Part shown: positions 43,531 to 54,760 of the stretch, in pieces
Layout: every line of letters starts with the position of its first letter
Numbering within the stretch: the first letter of the stretch is position 1
NCBI GenBank assembly: GCA_964530095.1
Contig: CAZHAH010000002.1
Location: 21,691-85,690 of the forward strand
Direction of reading: 5' to 3'
Source: an uncultured Desulfobacteraceae bacterium
Lineage (GTDB): Bacteria; Desulfobacterota; Desulfobacteria; Desulfobacterales; CAZHA01
Length of the DNA stretch: 64,000 bases
Translations under genes and position numbers: made by a program
The notes under the pieces: generated by a model
The model's database searches: none
What the model saw: only the letters and a program-made list of their open reading frames with translations
Told to the model about the DNA's origin: nothing

Positions 43531-44454
43531 ATGTCTGAACTTGACGTTTTGGTGATGGGCCGCAATTGCCTCGACTATATCGCGGTCGTCGATCAATTCC
43601 CTTGCGAAGATCAAAAAGTTCCCCTTCATGCCAGGCACATGGAGGGGGGAGGGCAGGGAGGAACCGCATCCTGTTGCATTGGGCAGTTGGAGGGCAGGGT
43701 GGCGCTGGTCGGCAACGTAGGCAATGACGCCGAAGGTCGTATTTGCCTTAAACGGCTCAAAGATTCCGGAATCGATACAACTCATGTACGGGTTGTGGAA
43801 AAAGCACGGACGCCCGTGGCATATGTTTTCGTGACCACCGCCACCGGTCAGCGAACGATCATCTATGAGCAAAATACGCTTCCTCGTTTAGAATACGGGA
43901 GTCGCTTAAAAAATCTGGTTCCCCGTGCGAGCGTTGGTTTGCTTGACCCGGAAGCGACGCACCTGGGGCGGCAATTGAGGCAATTTGGCGGCCATCGTTT
44001 TAGAATCGTATACGATTGTGAACGATGGCGGGATGGAATCGAGGACATGATGGGGGTGGCGGATTTTTTCATTCCTTCATCAGATTTCCTTAACAGTCCA
44101 AGGCTGGGTTTAGGTAAGAGGCCGCTGGCGGAGAAAATATTTAGATTGGATGCACAAATAAGCGGCAGGCTGATCGTCACCCACGGAGACAAGGGAGCCT
44201 ACTATTTCCGTGATCAAAAGCTCTATCAGGTTGCTCCCCCGGAAGTCCAGGTGCTAGACACCACCGGCGCCGGCGATAATTTTCACGGCGCTTTCGCCCT
44301 CGCCCTATCGCGTGGAACGGACCTCAAACGATGCGTGAAGTTCGCTGTGGCGGTTGCATCGCTTTCCTGCAGGGAATATGGCGGACGTAAAGGGATTCCG
44401 CATTTATCCGAGGCGCTTGCGGCGGCGGAGAGACTCGTATCCCGAGCCGTATAA
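43531..44454 (+). CDS. PfkB-family carbohydrate/nucleoside kinase
   Basis: GGGQGGTASC and the C-terminal DTTGAGDNFHGAFALAL signature. Confidence 0.8.
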   Translation: MSELDVLVMGRNCLDYIAVVDQFPCEDQKVPLHARHMEGGGQGGTASCCIGQLEGRVALVGNVGNDAEGRICLKRLKDSGIDTTHVRVVEKARTPVAYVFVTTATGQRTIIYEQNTLPRLEYGSRLKNLVPRASVGLLDPEATHLGRQLRQFGGHRFRIVYDCERWRDGIEDMMGVADFFIPSSDFLNSPRLGLGKRPLAEKIFRLDAQISGRLIVTHGDKGAYYFRDQKLYQVAPPEVQVLDTTGAGDNFHGAFALALSRGTDLKRCVKFAVAVASLSCREYGGRKGIPHLSEALAAAERLVSRAV

Positions 44455-44480
44455 GGAAACCTTCTAATGTAGAGGTATGT

Positions 44481-45698
44481 ATGCCTTTCAAAAGACAGAT
44501 ACCGTTGTTGAACGATCGTCACAGTCATCCGTTTCTGTATGCTGCTTTAGGGACCTGCATCGATTTGAGATTCATCAACCAAAAGAACGATGCACTAGAT
44601 CTCATTCAGCAAGCGGACGATGACGTCATCGTGGCCATGGGATGGAACGACGGTTTATATCGGTTCCAAATGACGGAATTGGATGCTTTGCCACCGACGG
44701 TCATTATCAATGCCTCGTTGCACGGTTACCTTATCAATCACGCTGCCAAAGAGATGCTCCAGGGCATGCATCCCGATATTATTCGGAACATGTATGATAG
44801 GAATTGGATTGAAACGAACTATTTCAGGGTTCTTCGGTTTTTCATGGGTTTAAAGCCGTGTCGGATGGAAAATTTAAACGCATTCTACGATGATCTTCTG
44901 AATCGAGGCGTTTGGTCTGCGGAAGAATTGTCACTGTGGGGCAAGAACCAGATAGCGCTGTTTGATGCCGGTGGTCTTTGTGAACGATCTAAATTTTGGA
45001 TGGATCTGCATACATTCAAGGAACTCGATCATGACATGAAGAAAAGAGTGCACGGACTCAAAATATTTGCCGATGGCGCCCTGGGCCCCAAAACCGCTAA
45101 ACTCAGTAAGTCGTATTTAACCGGAGAGGAGGGAGTTCTCAGCTACACGGATGAGGCCCTTTACGAACACACAAAAGATGTGCTCAAACACTCAAAACCG
45201 ATTGCCATTCATGCCATTGGGGATCAGGCCATCGATCAGGTGATTGCAACCATGATCAAATGCAAGCAAACATTTGGCGTGCTCCCTGAAATTCGTATGG
45301 AGCATTGTCAATTCATCTCACGGGAAACCGCCCAAAAGGCCAAAACGCTGGGAATCGTTTTAAGCATGCAACCGAATTTCAGCACGGATTCGACTCATTA
45401 TAGAGACAGGCTCTCCCAGGGTTACTGCACCTGGAACAATCCCTTTCGGATGCTGATCGACGAAATTGGATTCGTGCCGGGTGAGGATTTAATTCTGGGC
45501 TCGGATGGCATGCCGCACGGGGTTCAATATGCGCTCGAAAGCGCTCTTTTCCCACCCTATGAAGGACAGCGGCTGACATTGGATGAATTCGTGGCTGGGT
45601 ATTGTCTGCCGGATGAAACCTATGGACATATTGAGGTGTTGGTTGATGAGGAGGAATCAAAGGTTACCACACAGGTAACCTTGAACGGTGAATTCTGA
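44481..45698 (+). CDS. Amidohydrolase-3-type metal-dependent hydrolase
   Basis: LNDRHSHP, IAIHAIGDQAID, MEHCQF, SMQPNF, LGSDG. The last 5 codons and the stop lie inside repeat copy 2. Confidence 0.7.
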   Translation: MPFKRQIPLLNDRHSHPFLYAALGTCIDLRFINQKNDALDLIQQADDDVIVAMGWNDGLYRFQMTELDALPPTVIINASLHGYLINHAAKEMLQGMHPDIIRNMYDRNWIETNYFRVLRFFMGLKPCRMENLNAFYDDLLNRGVWSAEELSLWGKNQIALFDAGGLCERSKFWMDLHTFKELDHDMKKRVHGLKIFADGALGPKTAKLSKSYLTGEEGVLSYTDEALYEHTKDVLKHSKPIAIHAIGDQAIDQVIATMIKCKQTFGVLPEIRMEHCQFISRETAQKAKTLGIVLSMQPNFSTDSTHYRDRLSQGYCTWNNPFRMLIDEIGFVPGEDLILGSDGMPHGVQYALESALFPPYEGQRLTLDEFVAGYCLPDETYGHIEVLVDEEESKVTTQVTLNGEF

Positions 45699-45746
45699 AC
45701 CCTGGTCGCCTGCGGCGCCGCCAAAGGCGGGTAAACCTGTGAACGC
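45681..45746. repeat. 66-nt repeat, copy 2, between convergent genes
   Basis: ttgaacggtgaattctgaaccctggtcgcctgcggcgccgccaaaggcgggtaaacctgtgaacgc; see copy 1. Confidence 0.85.
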
Positions 45747-45752
45747 TTACAA

Positions 45753-46517
45753 CTATTTTACTTCGGAAAAGAATCCGGCCTTCAAGAATTCGCGATTTAA
45801 ACGGGCGATGTTGGTGATCGAAATTTCCTTGGGACACTCCGCCTCACACTCGGATTCGTTGGAACAATTGCCAAACCCGACGGCGTCCATGGCCTTTATC
45901 ATTTGAGTGGCGCGCCTGGCGGCTTCCGGCTTGCCTTGGGGCAAAAGCGCCAGATGAGACACTTTGGCTCCCACAAAAAGCATGGCCGAAGCATTTGGGC
46001 AAGTCGCCACACAAGCGCCACACCCGATGCAAGCGGCGGCATCCATCGCCTTTTCAACAATTTCCTGGGGAATAAGAATTGCGTTGCCATCCTGGGCTCC
46101 ACCGGTCTTGGCCGATATATAACCGCCAGCCTGGATAACCCTGTCAAAAGCACCGCGGTCGATAACCAGGTCCTTGATTACCGGAAAGGCTCTGGCCCGA
46201 AATGGTTCGATTACAATGGTATCGCCATCTGAGAAATGACGCATGTGGAGCTGGCATAAAGTGGTGGCCGTTTCATGTCCATGGGCGCGGCCATTGGCAA
46301 CGGCGCCACAGGTCCCACAAATTCCCTCCCGGCAATCGTGATCAAAGGCGATGGGATCCTGATTCGAAAGGGTCAGCTGCTCATTGACCACATCGAGCAT
46401 CTCCAGAAAAGACATGTCCACAGAGATATCCCGGGCCTGAAAGATTTCAAAGTTACCCTTGCTGCGGGCATCTTTTTGACGCCAAACCTTAAGGGTTAAA
46501 TTGATGGTCTGGGTCAT
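45753..46517 (-). CDS. sdhB: Succinate dehydrogenase/fumarate reductase iron-sulfur subunit
   Basis: [40 protein letters not shown]. Ends in TAG. Confidence 0.9.
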   Translation of the reverse strand: MTQTINLTLKVWRQKDARSKGNFEIFQARDISVDMSFLEMLDVVNEQLTLSNQDPIAFDHDCREGICGTCGAVANGRAHGHETATTLCQLHMRHFSDGDTIVIEPFRARAFPVIKDLVIDRGAFDRVIQAGGYISAKTGGAQDGNAILIPQEIVEKAMDAAACIGCGACVATCPNASAMLFVGAKVSHLALLPQGKPEAARRATQMIKAMDAVGFGNCSNESECEAECPKEISITNIARLNREFLKAGFFSEVK

Positions 46518-48427
46518 TTGTAGCTCCTTTGGGAAAGCGCGACGTTTTCAAACTGAAGTGTTTCCTGATGCAATTTCGGATCCTGGTGGTCAGCGCCGAA
46601 TTCCCAGGCAGATACGTGGCAAAACCGGTCATCATCGCGTTTGGCCTCATTGTCTTCGGTCTGGTAGGCTTCATTGAAGTGGCAGCCGCAGGATTCTTGA
46701 CGTGCCAGGGCATCGATGATCATCAATTCTCCAAATTCAAGGAAATCGGCTACCCGCTCGGCCCGTTCCAGGCTTTGATTGAATTCCATTTGTGATCCGG
46801 GAATGCGTACGTTTTCCCAGAATTCTTCGCGAAGCGATTGGATCCGTTGTCCGGCCAGGGTCAATCCGTCATTAGTGCGTGACATTCCGCAATATTCCCA
46901 GATAATCAGCCCCAGTTCGCGATGAAAATCATCGACCGTGCGTCGGCCTTTTATAGAAAGCAGTTTTTTGATGCGGGCATCGGCTGCCGCCGCGACGTCC
47001 TTAAAGGCCGGGTGTGAATCCGTGATGTTTTCCAGGGTTGTTCCGCTAAGATAACCCCCAATGGTATAGGGGATGATAAAATAGCCATCCGCGAGCCCCT
47101 GCATTAATGCGCTGGCCCCGAGCCGATTGGCACCATGGTCGGAAAAGTTAGCCTCGCCCAGCACAAACAGGCCGGGAATGGTACTCATCAGGTTGTAGTC
47201 CACCCAGAGTCCGCCCATGGTATAGTGCACCGCCGGATAAATCATCATCGGGGTTTTGTAAGGGTCTTCACCGGTTATTTTTTCATACATCTGGAAAAGA
47301 TTGCCGTATTTTTGGTGAATGACGTCCTGGCCGTCACGCTTTATGGCATCCGCAAAATCGAGAAAGACCGCAAGTCCGGTTTCACCGACACCCTTACCCA
47401 TATCGCACTGGGCCTTTGCATTGCGTGAGGCCACGTCGCGGGGGACAAGATTTCCGAAGCTGGGGTATTTTTCTTCAAGATAATAATCTCTATCTGATTC
47501 CGGAATCTGCTCAGGCGGACGTTTGTCTCCGGCAGTTTTGGGAATCCAGACCCGACCATCATTGCGTAAACTTTCACTCATCAACGTCAGTTTGGACTGA
47601 TAGGTACCATGCACCGGGATACAGGTAGGATGAATTTGGGTAAAACAAGGATTGGCAAAAAAAGCGCCTTTTTTATAGGCCCTAAATGTTGCCGAAACAT
47701 TGGAAGCCATGGCGTTGGTGGATAGAAAATAGGCATTTCCGTATCCTCCGGTACAGAGAATCACCGCATGACCGGTATGGGTCTCGAGCTGGCCGCTGAT
47801 CAAATTGCGGACCACTATTCCGCGCGCGTACCCTTTTATGGTAACGATTTCCACAAGCTCGCGGCGTGGAAACAGGGTCACCTTCCCATCGGCAACCTGG
47901 CGCATGAGAGCACGATAAGCCCCCAAAAGGAGTTGCTGTCCGGTCTGACCTCTGGCATAGAACGTCCTTGCGACTTGAGCGCCGCCAAAACTGCGGTTGG
48001 CCAAAAGTCCCCCATAATCACGCGCAAAAGGAACACCCTGGGCAACGCATTGATCGATGATATTGTTGCTTATCTGAGCCAGACGATAGACGTTGGCCTC
48101 GCGGGAACGGAAATCCCCCCCCTTTATCGTGTCATAAAACAGGCGCCAGATGCTGTCGCCTTCATTGGTGTAATTTTTAGCAGCGTTGATGCCGCCCTGG
48201 GCAGCGATACTATGGGCCCGCCGCGGACTGTCCTGAATGCAAAATGTCTTTACGTTGTACCCCAGCTCTGCAAGGGAGGCCGATGCGGAACCGCCGGCAA
48301 GGCCTGTCCCCACCACAATGATATCAAACTTTTTTTTATTGGCGGGATTTACCAGTTTTAGGTTAAATCGGTGGCGATCCCATTTTTCCGATAAGGGACC
48401 GCCTGGTATTTGGGCATCAAGCTGCAT
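46514..48427 (-). CDS. sdhA: Succinate dehydrogenase/fumarate reductase flavoprotein subunit (type-B enzyme)
   Basis: [65 protein letters not shown]. Confidence 0.9.
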   Translation of the reverse strand: MQLDAQIPGGPLSEKWDRHRFNLKLVNPANKKKFDIIVVGTGLAGGSASASLAELGYNVKTFCIQDSPRRAHSIAAQGGINAAKNYTNEGDSIWRLFYDTIKGGDFRSREANVYRLAQISNNIIDQCVAQGVPFARDYGGLLANRSFGGAQVARTFYARGQTGQQLLLGAYRALMRQVADGKVTLFPRRELVEIVTIKGYARGIVVRNLISGQLETHTGHAVILCTGGYGNAYFLSTNAMASNVSATFRAYKKGAFFANPCFTQIHPTCIPVHGTYQSKLTLMSESLRNDGRVWIPKTAGDKRPPEQIPESDRDYYLEEKYPSFGNLVPRDVASRNAKAQCDMGKGVGETGLAVFLDFADAIKRDGQDVIHQKYGNLFQMYEKITGEDPYKTPMMIYPAVHYTMGGLWVDYNLMSTIPGLFVLGEANFSDHGANRLGASALMQGLADGYFIIPYTIGGYLSGTTLENITDSHPAFKDVAAAADARIKKLLSIKGRRTVDDFHRELGLIIWEYCGMSRTNDGLTLAGQRIQSLREEFWENVRIPGSQMEFNQSLERAERVADFLEFGELMIIDALARQESCGCHFNEAYQTEDNEAKRDDDRFCHVSAWEFGADHQDPKLHQETLQFENVALSQRSYK

Positions 48428-48440
48428 GTACGATCCTTTC

Positions 48441-49082
48441 TTAAGACCAAACCGAGAAATAGAGAGGTATCAAACCAAAACCGATGCCGACGGCAAAACT
48501 GAACACAATCCCGGCAATTTTTATGACAGGCATGTATTTGGCTTGATTGGCACCGATTGTTTGAAAAGCGCTCCAGACGCCATGGCTTACGTGTATGGCC
48601 GCAACAACCATGGCAAGCACATATAACGTTACGTATCCGGGATGTGAAAATGCATCGGATACGATTTGAAATATTGTCGTATCGGTTTTATCCACAAAAT
48701 GGAAATTGAACAGGTGGGTAATGACGAAGATAAGGAGCAGAAAGCCGGTATAAGGCATCGTGGCGGAGCCAATGGTTCTACCACCCGCACGACGGTTAAC
48801 GGCATAACGTACGGGTCTTGATTTGAAATTTTGATAAAACAGGGTTGCTCCGGTCAGTACATGTGCCAACGCCAAAAGCAAAAGGCCCATTTCCACGATG
48901 GATAGAAGCGGTCCGTATGAATGGAGACGCTCGGCATAGCTGTTAAAAGCATCGGGGCCGGCGTAAAGGGTAAAGTTGCCGGCAAGGTGGACGGTTAAAA
49001 AGCCGCAGAATGACAGGCCGGTGACAGCCATCATGAATTTTTTCCCGATGGATGACCAAAGCGTCCGTTTTAGCCAGCTCAT
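48441..49082 (-). CDS. sdhC: Dihaem cytochrome b membrane anchor (b558-type, 5 helices)
   Basis: 213 aa with conserved His in helices ([30 protein letters not shown]). First gene of the sdhCAB order. Confidence 0.8.
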   Translation of the reverse strand: MSWLKRTLWSSIGKKFMMAVTGLSFCGFLTVHLAGNFTLYAGPDAFNSYAERLHSYGPLLSIVEMGLLLLALAHVLTGATLFYQNFKSRPVRYAVNRRAGGRTIGSATMPYTGFLLLIFVITHLFNFHFVDKTDTTIFQIVSDAFSHPGYVTLYVLAMVVAAIHVSHGVWSAFQTIGANQAKYMPVIKIAGIVFSFAVGIGFGLIPLYFSVWS

Positions 49083-49460
49083 CCTATCCTCCTAGTGCTG
49101 AGTCTCGCCGCTTTGCGGTGAATCTTTGTGGTTTTGTGGGGGAGGTGATATGCCCCCAATTCAGTGTCTTCTACTAGCTATCAAAGCATTTTTTCTAATT
49201 TTTTGCATCGGATGTGTCAACATAATTCTTAAACCACCAGTCATCGCGGTTGATTTGGGTGATGCTAGCGGCAACGGATTGCAAAGCCGTGTTACCGGCC
49301 ATGCAAATAGCTTGACACCCTAGGAAAGCTCGTATAGTTTATACAATTTAAATTATTTCCATTAGGCCAAAGTGCTCGGGCCTCGTTCGGGCCTGTATAT
49401 GACTTGCTCCTGGAACTCGACAACAGAATGTCGGCCGGATGACGAAGTGGGGTTGTTTTT

Positions 49461-50213
49461 ATGGTTTCTCAAAATATCACCATTATTCAAATGATCAGCA
49501 ATGCCGGGCTGATGGTGCAGTTTGTATTGCTGTTACTTTTTTTCTTCTCCGTTACCTCTTGGGCTATTATTTTAATTAAATACCGATATATTCGCCGCGC
49601 ATTTAAGGAATCAGATTATTTCACTGATTTTTTTTGGAAAAGCAGAGACTTGTCGGAAGCCTTTAATAAGGCCAAACAATTCCAGGGAAGTCCGATTGCC
49701 AGGATCTTTCGAATTGGATATATCGAGCTAAAAAAATTAAGTCAGTCGGGTATCTCTCTTACGGCTCAAACAGCGTCTGCTTCAAAAGGGGGTACCGCCA
49801 CTCTGGATGGCCGACTTATGGGGATGGATAATCTTCAGCGTGCTTTACGCCGGGCCATGAATACCGAATTAACACGCATAACTCAACTGGTACCTTTTCT
49901 GGCGACAACCGGCAATACCACGCCCTTTATCGGATTGTTCGGAACCGTTTGGGGGATCATGAATTCATTTCATGGGATTGGGCTTAAAGGCTCAGCCAGT
50001 CTTGCAGTCGTGGCGCCGGGCATTTCCGAGGCGCTGATTGCAACCGCAGCGGGTTTGGCCGTAGCCATTCCGGCGGTGATTGCCTTTAATCACTTTACAA
50101 ACAAGATCAGAATTATTGAGTCTGAATTACAGAGTTTCTCAGCCGATTTTTTAAATATCGTCGAACGCGATATTATCCCCGTTAAAGGACCAGACAATGG
50201 CATTCGAAGGTAA
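49461..50213 (+). CDS. tolQ: Tol-Pal system protein TolQ (MotA/TolQ/ExbB channel)
   Basis: LATTGNTTPFIGLFGTVWGIMNSF and PGISEALIATAAGLAVAIPAV. Confidence 0.9.
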   Translation: MVSQNITIIQMISNAGLMVQFVLLLLFFFSVTSWAIILIKYRYIRRAFKESDYFTDFFWKSRDLSEAFNKAKQFQGSPIARIFRIGYIELKKLSQSGISLTAQTASASKGGTATLDGRLMGMDNLQRALRRAMNTELTRITQLVPFLATTGNTTPFIGLFGTVWGIMNSFHGIGLKGSASLAVVAPGISEALIATAAGLAVAIPAVIAFNHFTNKIRIIESELQSFSADFLNIVERDIIPVKGPDNGIRR

Positions 50214-50637
50214 TAGAGACGGCTTGATGTCACAAATCAATGTGACGCCGTTCGTGGATGTGATGCTCGTATTGTTGATTATTTTCATGGTGACGGCTCC
50301 GATGATGATTCAGGGTGTCGATGTCTCACTGCCGGAAGCGACGTCGGAACCGCTGCAATCCGAAACCGATAATCTCCTAATTACCATCGATAAAAGTAAC
50401 CGTGTTTATATTAACGATTATCGGGTAACACTCGATTTTCTGCGGGAAAAACTCCAAAAAATATTAGAGGGTCGTGAAAACCGAAGCGTTTATCTCAGGG
50501 CCGATAAAGATATTTCCTATGGAATGGTCGTCCGTGTGATGTCGGAAATAAAAAATGCCGGGGTTGAGAAACTGGGAATGGTTACAGAACCGATTGCGGA
50601 CGATGAGCAAAAGCCCTATGCCAAAACTAAAAGCTGA
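50197..50637 (+). CDS. tolR: TolR (ExbD/TolR family)
   Basis: SQINVTPFVDVMLVLLIIFMVTAP. Confidence 0.9.
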   Translation: MAFEGNRDGLMSQINVTPFVDVMLVLLIIFMVTAPMMIQGVDVSLPEATSEPLQSETDNLLITIDKSNRVYINDYRVTLDFLREKLQKILEGRENRSVYLRADKDISYGMVVRVMSEIKNAGVEKLGMVTEPIADDEQKPYAKTKS

Positions 50638-51554
50638 TGAAGCAAAATGTCCATGCACATGCGTACCTGTATCAACAAATGGAAAGCGATCTAGGTCCGT
50701 TTTTGACCATGTTTGTGATTTCAATCGTATGCCATTTCGCCTTTTTTGCAATTGTCGTGTTAACCCCAGGGCATACGCGTTCGAAACGATTTGAGCCGCG
50801 CATCATCAATGTGAATCTGGTTGCTTTACCAAGACCGAAAGCGCTGCCAGCACCGAAAGCGTCTCCGAAATCGACAGAGAAAGTCACCGTTAAACCCGAA
50901 GCACCAACGGTCAAACGGGTTGAAGAGAAACCGGTTATTAAAGAAACGGTGACTCTTGCGCCGAAGTCGGCGCCAGAAATTTCGGTAGCACCCAAACCGA
51001 AACCGGTTAAGGCCAAAACATCGCTCAAACAAAAAACCTTTAAACCCCGAACGGTTGTAAAGCCGGCTATAAAAAGGATTGAAAAAAAAGTTGAAGAATC
51101 GCGGCCAACCCTAATCTCCGAAGCCATCAATCGGCTCAAAGATAAAGTTGACCAGACAGAAAAAGACCGCCGCAATAAAGCTCAAAAGGAAGAGCAGGCA
51201 GGACGCAGCCCATTATGGGCGGAGATGGGCGAATCCGGGTCCGGCAAGGAAGAATTTGGAGGTCTGATTCAAATATACAAACTTGAAATCGCCTATCGGG
51301 TTCAAAAAAACTGGGCCTATTCCGACCAATTGGCAGGCCGTCAAAGCAAGCTCAAGGCCTTGTTGGTATTTAAGGTCATGCCTGATGGTGAAATCAAGGA
51401 CGTCTTTTTCACCGATCGATCCGGCGACGTCTACTTAGATGAATCAGCCTATAAAGCAGTCATCAAATCAAACCCGGTGCCTCCACATCCCAAGGGGCTT
51501 GCAAGGCCATTTATCACAGTTGGCCTTCGTTTTACACCTGAAGGGGTGAAGTAA
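50637..51554 (+). CDS. tolA: TolA-like protein (N-terminal anchor, Pro/Lys-rich linker, TonB_C-like domain)
   Basis: ATG overlaps the tolR stop. PKALPAPKASPK... linker. C-terminal VFKVMPDGEIKDVFFTDRSGD. Confidence 0.65.
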   Translation: MKQNVHAHAYLYQQMESDLGPFLTMFVISIVCHFAFFAIVVLTPGHTRSKRFEPRIINVNLVALPRPKALPAPKASPKSTEKVTVKPEAPTVKRVEEKPVIKETVTLAPKSAPEISVAPKPKPVKAKTSLKQKTFKPRTVVKPAIKRIEKKVEESRPTLISEAINRLKDKVDQTEKDRRNKAQKEEQAGRSPLWAEMGESGSGKEEFGGLIQIYKLEIAYRVQKNWAYSDQLAGRQSKLKALLVFKVMPDGEIKDVFFTDRSGDVYLDESAYKAVIKSNPVPPHPKGLARPFITVGLRFTPEGVK

Positions 51555-51597
51555 CGGGGCACAGGCGCAAAAGATTAAAAGGAGCAAAATAAATCAA

Positions 51598-52923
51598 ATG
51601 ATTAGGCAGAGCATAAAGAAAATCGGCTTCGTTCTGGCGGCAGTGATCTTGTTGACGGCCGGCATTGGACATGCGGAATACGATTATATTGATATCAGCA
51701 ATCCCTTTTTAAGAAAGATTCCGGTCGCTGTGCCGGTTTTTAAAGCGATTACGGGGGCTGATGGGGAAATTGAGCTGTCCATAAAAGCCGCTGATTTGCT
51801 TTCATCCGCCTTGGCCTTTACCGGTTATTTTAAAACCCTTGACAGGGGGGCCTTTCTCGTCAACCCCGAGGAATTCGGGATCGTCAGCGCAAACATTAAC
51901 TTTGAAAATTGGACCAGTATCGGGGCCGAGCTTCTGGTAACCGGCGGACTGACTGTAAAAGACAAGATCATTGAGATGGAAATCCGTATTTTCGACACAT
52001 TTAAACAAAAACTGCTCATCGGGAAAAAATACAAAGGGTGGATCAATGATCAAAGGCGGATGATTCACCGGTTCTGCGGCGAGGTGATTTATCGCTTCAC
52101 CAATACGCGAGGTGTTTTTGATACCAAGCTGGCTTTTATCTCCACTGGTGACGGAAACAAGGAAATTTATATAAGTGATTTTGATGGGTACGGACCCAAA
52201 AGGTTTACGCACAACAAAAGTATCACCCTATCACCGTCGTGGTCGTCGGATGGAAAATGGATGGCCTACACCTCCTTTGTGAAAGGAAAGCCTGATTTGT
52301 ATATCCGGCACATCAAGGAGAAGCGGGGTACTGTCGTTTCGAAAGAGGGCCTAAACAGCTCGCCGGCTTGGGTTCCGGGAAAGTTTGCCCTTGCCGCTTC
52401 CATGTCTTTTTCAGGTGATCCGGAAATTTATTTGTTGACCGGGACCGGGAAAATTATTAAAAGGCTGACCCATAGTCGAGGGATTGATGTCTCCCCTTCA
52501 TGGTCACCAGACGGCAAAAAGATGGCCTTTGTCTCGAAACGTTCCGGGTCTGCACAGATTTATATTATGGATTTAGAATCAGGACGAGTTAAAAGATTGA
52601 CATTTCAGGGGAAATACAATACACAACCAGAATGGTCCCCAAAAGGTGATAAAATCGCTTATTCGGCGATGGAAAATGGGGAGATTAATATTTACGTAGT
52701 GGATACGGAAGGGAATCATCCGGCTCAACTGACATATGGGACCGGAAACAACGAGTCTCCCTCGTGGTCGCCGGATGGAAGCCTGATCGCTTTCAGTTCA
52801 ACGCGTGAGGGGCCTGCGAGAATCTATATGATGAATGCGTTTGGAACCGACCAGCGGCGATTACTGGTCATGCCCGGCCAGCAAACAAATCCTAACTGGT
52901 CACCGTGGACTAGTCGTTATTAA
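51598..52923 (+). CDS. tolB: TolB periplasmic beta-propeller protein
   Basis: Repeated SPSWSPDG / PEWSPKGD / SPSWSPDGS blades and a signal peptide. Confidence 0.9.
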   Translation: MIRQSIKKIGFVLAAVILLTAGIGHAEYDYIDISNPFLRKIPVAVPVFKAITGADGEIELSIKAADLLSSALAFTGYFKTLDRGAFLVNPEEFGIVSANINFENWTSIGAELLVTGGLTVKDKIIEMEIRIFDTFKQKLLIGKKYKGWINDQRRMIHRFCGEVIYRFTNTRGVFDTKLAFISTGDGNKEIYISDFDGYGPKRFTHNKSITLSPSWSSDGKWMAYTSFVKGKPDLYIRHIKEKRGTVVSKEGLNSSPAWVPGKFALAASMSFSGDPEIYLLTGTGKIIKRLTHSRGIDVSPSWSPDGKKMAFVSKRSGSAQIYIMDLESGRVKRLTFQGKYNTQPEWSPKGDKIAYSAMENGEINIYVVDTEGNHPAQLTYGTGNNESPSWSPDGSLIAFSSTREGPARIYMMNAFGTDQRRLLVMPGQQTNPNWSPWTSRY

Positions 52924-52956
52924 GCCTTACCAAGCACAACTTAAAAGGAGGAGAAA

Positions 52957-53607
52957 ATGCGGAAAAATGTGTGGGTTATCTTGGCGCTGTTGCTTGTAAT
53001 CCCTGGATTACTTTTTACGGTTTCATGTGCAAAGAAAACAGTCAAATCGGATGCCACCGCAGCAGTGGATGCTGCCAAACAAGAAGAAGCGATAACGGCC
53101 AGACAGGCAGCCATCAAGGCCACCGAAGAGGCGAAGAAAGAAGAGCTGGCTAGAAAAGCCGCTGAGGAGGCCGCTCGTAAAAAGGCTGCTGAAGAAGCAG
53201 CTCAAAAGGCAGCGTTGGAAGATCAAAAGGCCAAAGAAGATGCCGAAAAACGGAAAATTTTGTCTACCATACAACTTTTTGAAAGCGAAGATATCTATTT
53301 TGAGTATGATAAGTCTCGCCTCTTACCGGCTGCCCGAGAACTGCTCAAGAAAAAAGCACAATGGCTGCGAGACAACCCTGAGGCCATAATTCTAATTGAG
53401 GGGCATTGTGACGAGCGGGGAACAAACGAATATAACCTGGCCCTAGGGGAGAGACGAGCGCGTAGCGCAAAAACATATCTCACCGACCTGGGGATATCAC
53501 CGTCGCGGCTGACCACCATCAGTTACGGCGAAGAGCGTCCGGTAGATTCAATGCAAACCGAAGAGGCTTGGGCCAAGAATCGGCGTGCGCATTTTGAGAT
53601 TGAATAG
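52957..53607 (+). CDS. pal: Peptidoglycan-associated lipoprotein Pal with a long Ala/Glu/Lys-rich linker
   Basis: Lipobox FTVSC. OmpA-like [22 protein letters not shown]. ~70-residue AEK-rich segment in between. Ends in TAG. Confidence 0.85.
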   Translation: MRKNVWVILALLLVIPGLLFTVSCAKKTVKSDATAAVDAAKQEEAITARQAAIKATEEAKKEELARKAAEEAARKKAAEEAAQKAALEDQKAKEDAEKRKILSTIQLFESEDIYFEYDKSRLLPAARELLKKKAQWLRDNPEAIILIEGHCDERGTNEYNLALGERRARSAKTYLTDLGISPSRLTTISYGEERPVDSMQTEEAWAKNRRAHFEIE

Positions 53608-53765
53608 AGTGGAATTGTAATGGAATGGGGCTGAAACAGCCAAAGGCTGTTTCCCTCATTTTATTTTGTGATGTAAAAAGATAATAACGACCGGCTTGCT
53701 TAGCCTCTCTTAACCAGCTTGGCGTGGGCGAGTCGGTCTCCGTGCTTTAATCACCCAAGATTTCC

Positions 53766-54680
53766 ATGAATATAAGATATCTTTTTATTTTGGCTGGTAT
53801 GATGATGTTGCTGGGGTGTGTAACCGAGGATGATTTTGTACAAATTGACAATCGCCTGACGCAACTTGAGAAACGAAATGCCCAGCAGGAAAAACAATAC
53901 GCTGACATCACTCAAACCATTCAACAGCAGACACAAGAATCCCAGCAGACAACTTCTCAAATAACCGAGCAGTTAAAAAATTATCGCCAGGAACGTAAAG
54001 GAGAAGACCAGAAGCTTCGTACCCAGGCTGCTGAACTTCGCAGTTTGATCGAGGAACTGGGGGAAGAAATCCAAGAGATCGGGGGCCGTCTGGAGGAAAC
54101 GGCATTTGTATTGCGGCAGAAAACGGCTTCGATGGAAGAAAAGAATTCGCATGCCTCAAATGAACTGCGCCGGTTAGACACTTCAATCAACTCCATTAAG
54201 GCTCGGACTTCACACATTGAAAGGTATTTGAACTTAGAATCCCCTGAGACCCAAACGGAAAAAGGGGGAGCTCTGGTGCCAAAACCCTCACCAAAAGGTG
54301 TGGCCAGCCTTACAGAGAACGAACTCTATGCTTCAGCCAAACAGGCGTTTGATCAAAGTGAGCTAGAGCAAGCGCGCGAAAAATTTGTTTCATTTATCAA
54401 GGCCTTTCCCAAATCGAAACAGGCAGACAATGCCCAGTTTTGGATCGGCGAAATTTTTTATCGCGAGAAGTGGTATGAAAAAGCGATATTGGAATATCAA
54501 AAGGTTATCGAAAATTACCCCAGGGGAAACAAGATTAAGGCTTCACTCTTAAAACAGGGACTTGCCTTCTATAAGCTCGGTGATAAAGCCAACGCGCGTC
54601 TCATTTTGAGGGAATTACTAAAAAAATATCCCAAATCAAACGAATCCAAAATTGCTAAAAAGATACTCAAAGGGACGTAA
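53766..54680 (+). CDS. cpoB: Tol-Pal-associated coiled-coil/TPR protein CpoB (YbgF)
   Basis: Lipobox-like LLGC, Q/E-rich coiled coil, C-terminal TPRs (YASAKQAFDQ..., AQFWIGEIFYREKWYEKAILEYQKVIENYP). Confidence 0.75.
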   Translation: MNIRYLFILAGMMMLLGCVTEDDFVQIDNRLTQLEKRNAQQEKQYADITQTIQQQTQESQQTTSQITEQLKNYRQERKGEDQKLRTQAAELRSLIEELGEEIQEIGGRLEETAFVLRQKTASMEEKNSHASNELRRLDTSINSIKARTSHIERYLNLESPETQTEKGGALVPKPSPKGVASLTENELYASAKQAFDQSELEQAREKFVSFIKAFPKSKQADNAQFWIGEIFYREKWYEKAILEYQKVIENYPRGNKIKASLLKQGLAFYKLGDKANARLILRELLKKYPKSNESKIAKKILKGT

Positions 54681-54760
54681 CCAGAAACATAACCTTCGGA
54701 TTCAGCGGCGATGGATTTGGGAACCAGGGTGTTGAAGCTTTAACCGTTTACGAACACAAG

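Noticed and set aside
49312-49338. TTGACA-N15-TATAGT as the tolQ promoter
   Set aside because: The 15-nt spacer is short and the site is ~120 nt from the start with nothing else supporting it. Too weak to list as a feature.
50672-51175. 167-aa ORF antisense to tolA
   Set aside because: It mirrors the low-complexity Pro/Lys linker of TolA, so it is an artefact of repetitive codons.
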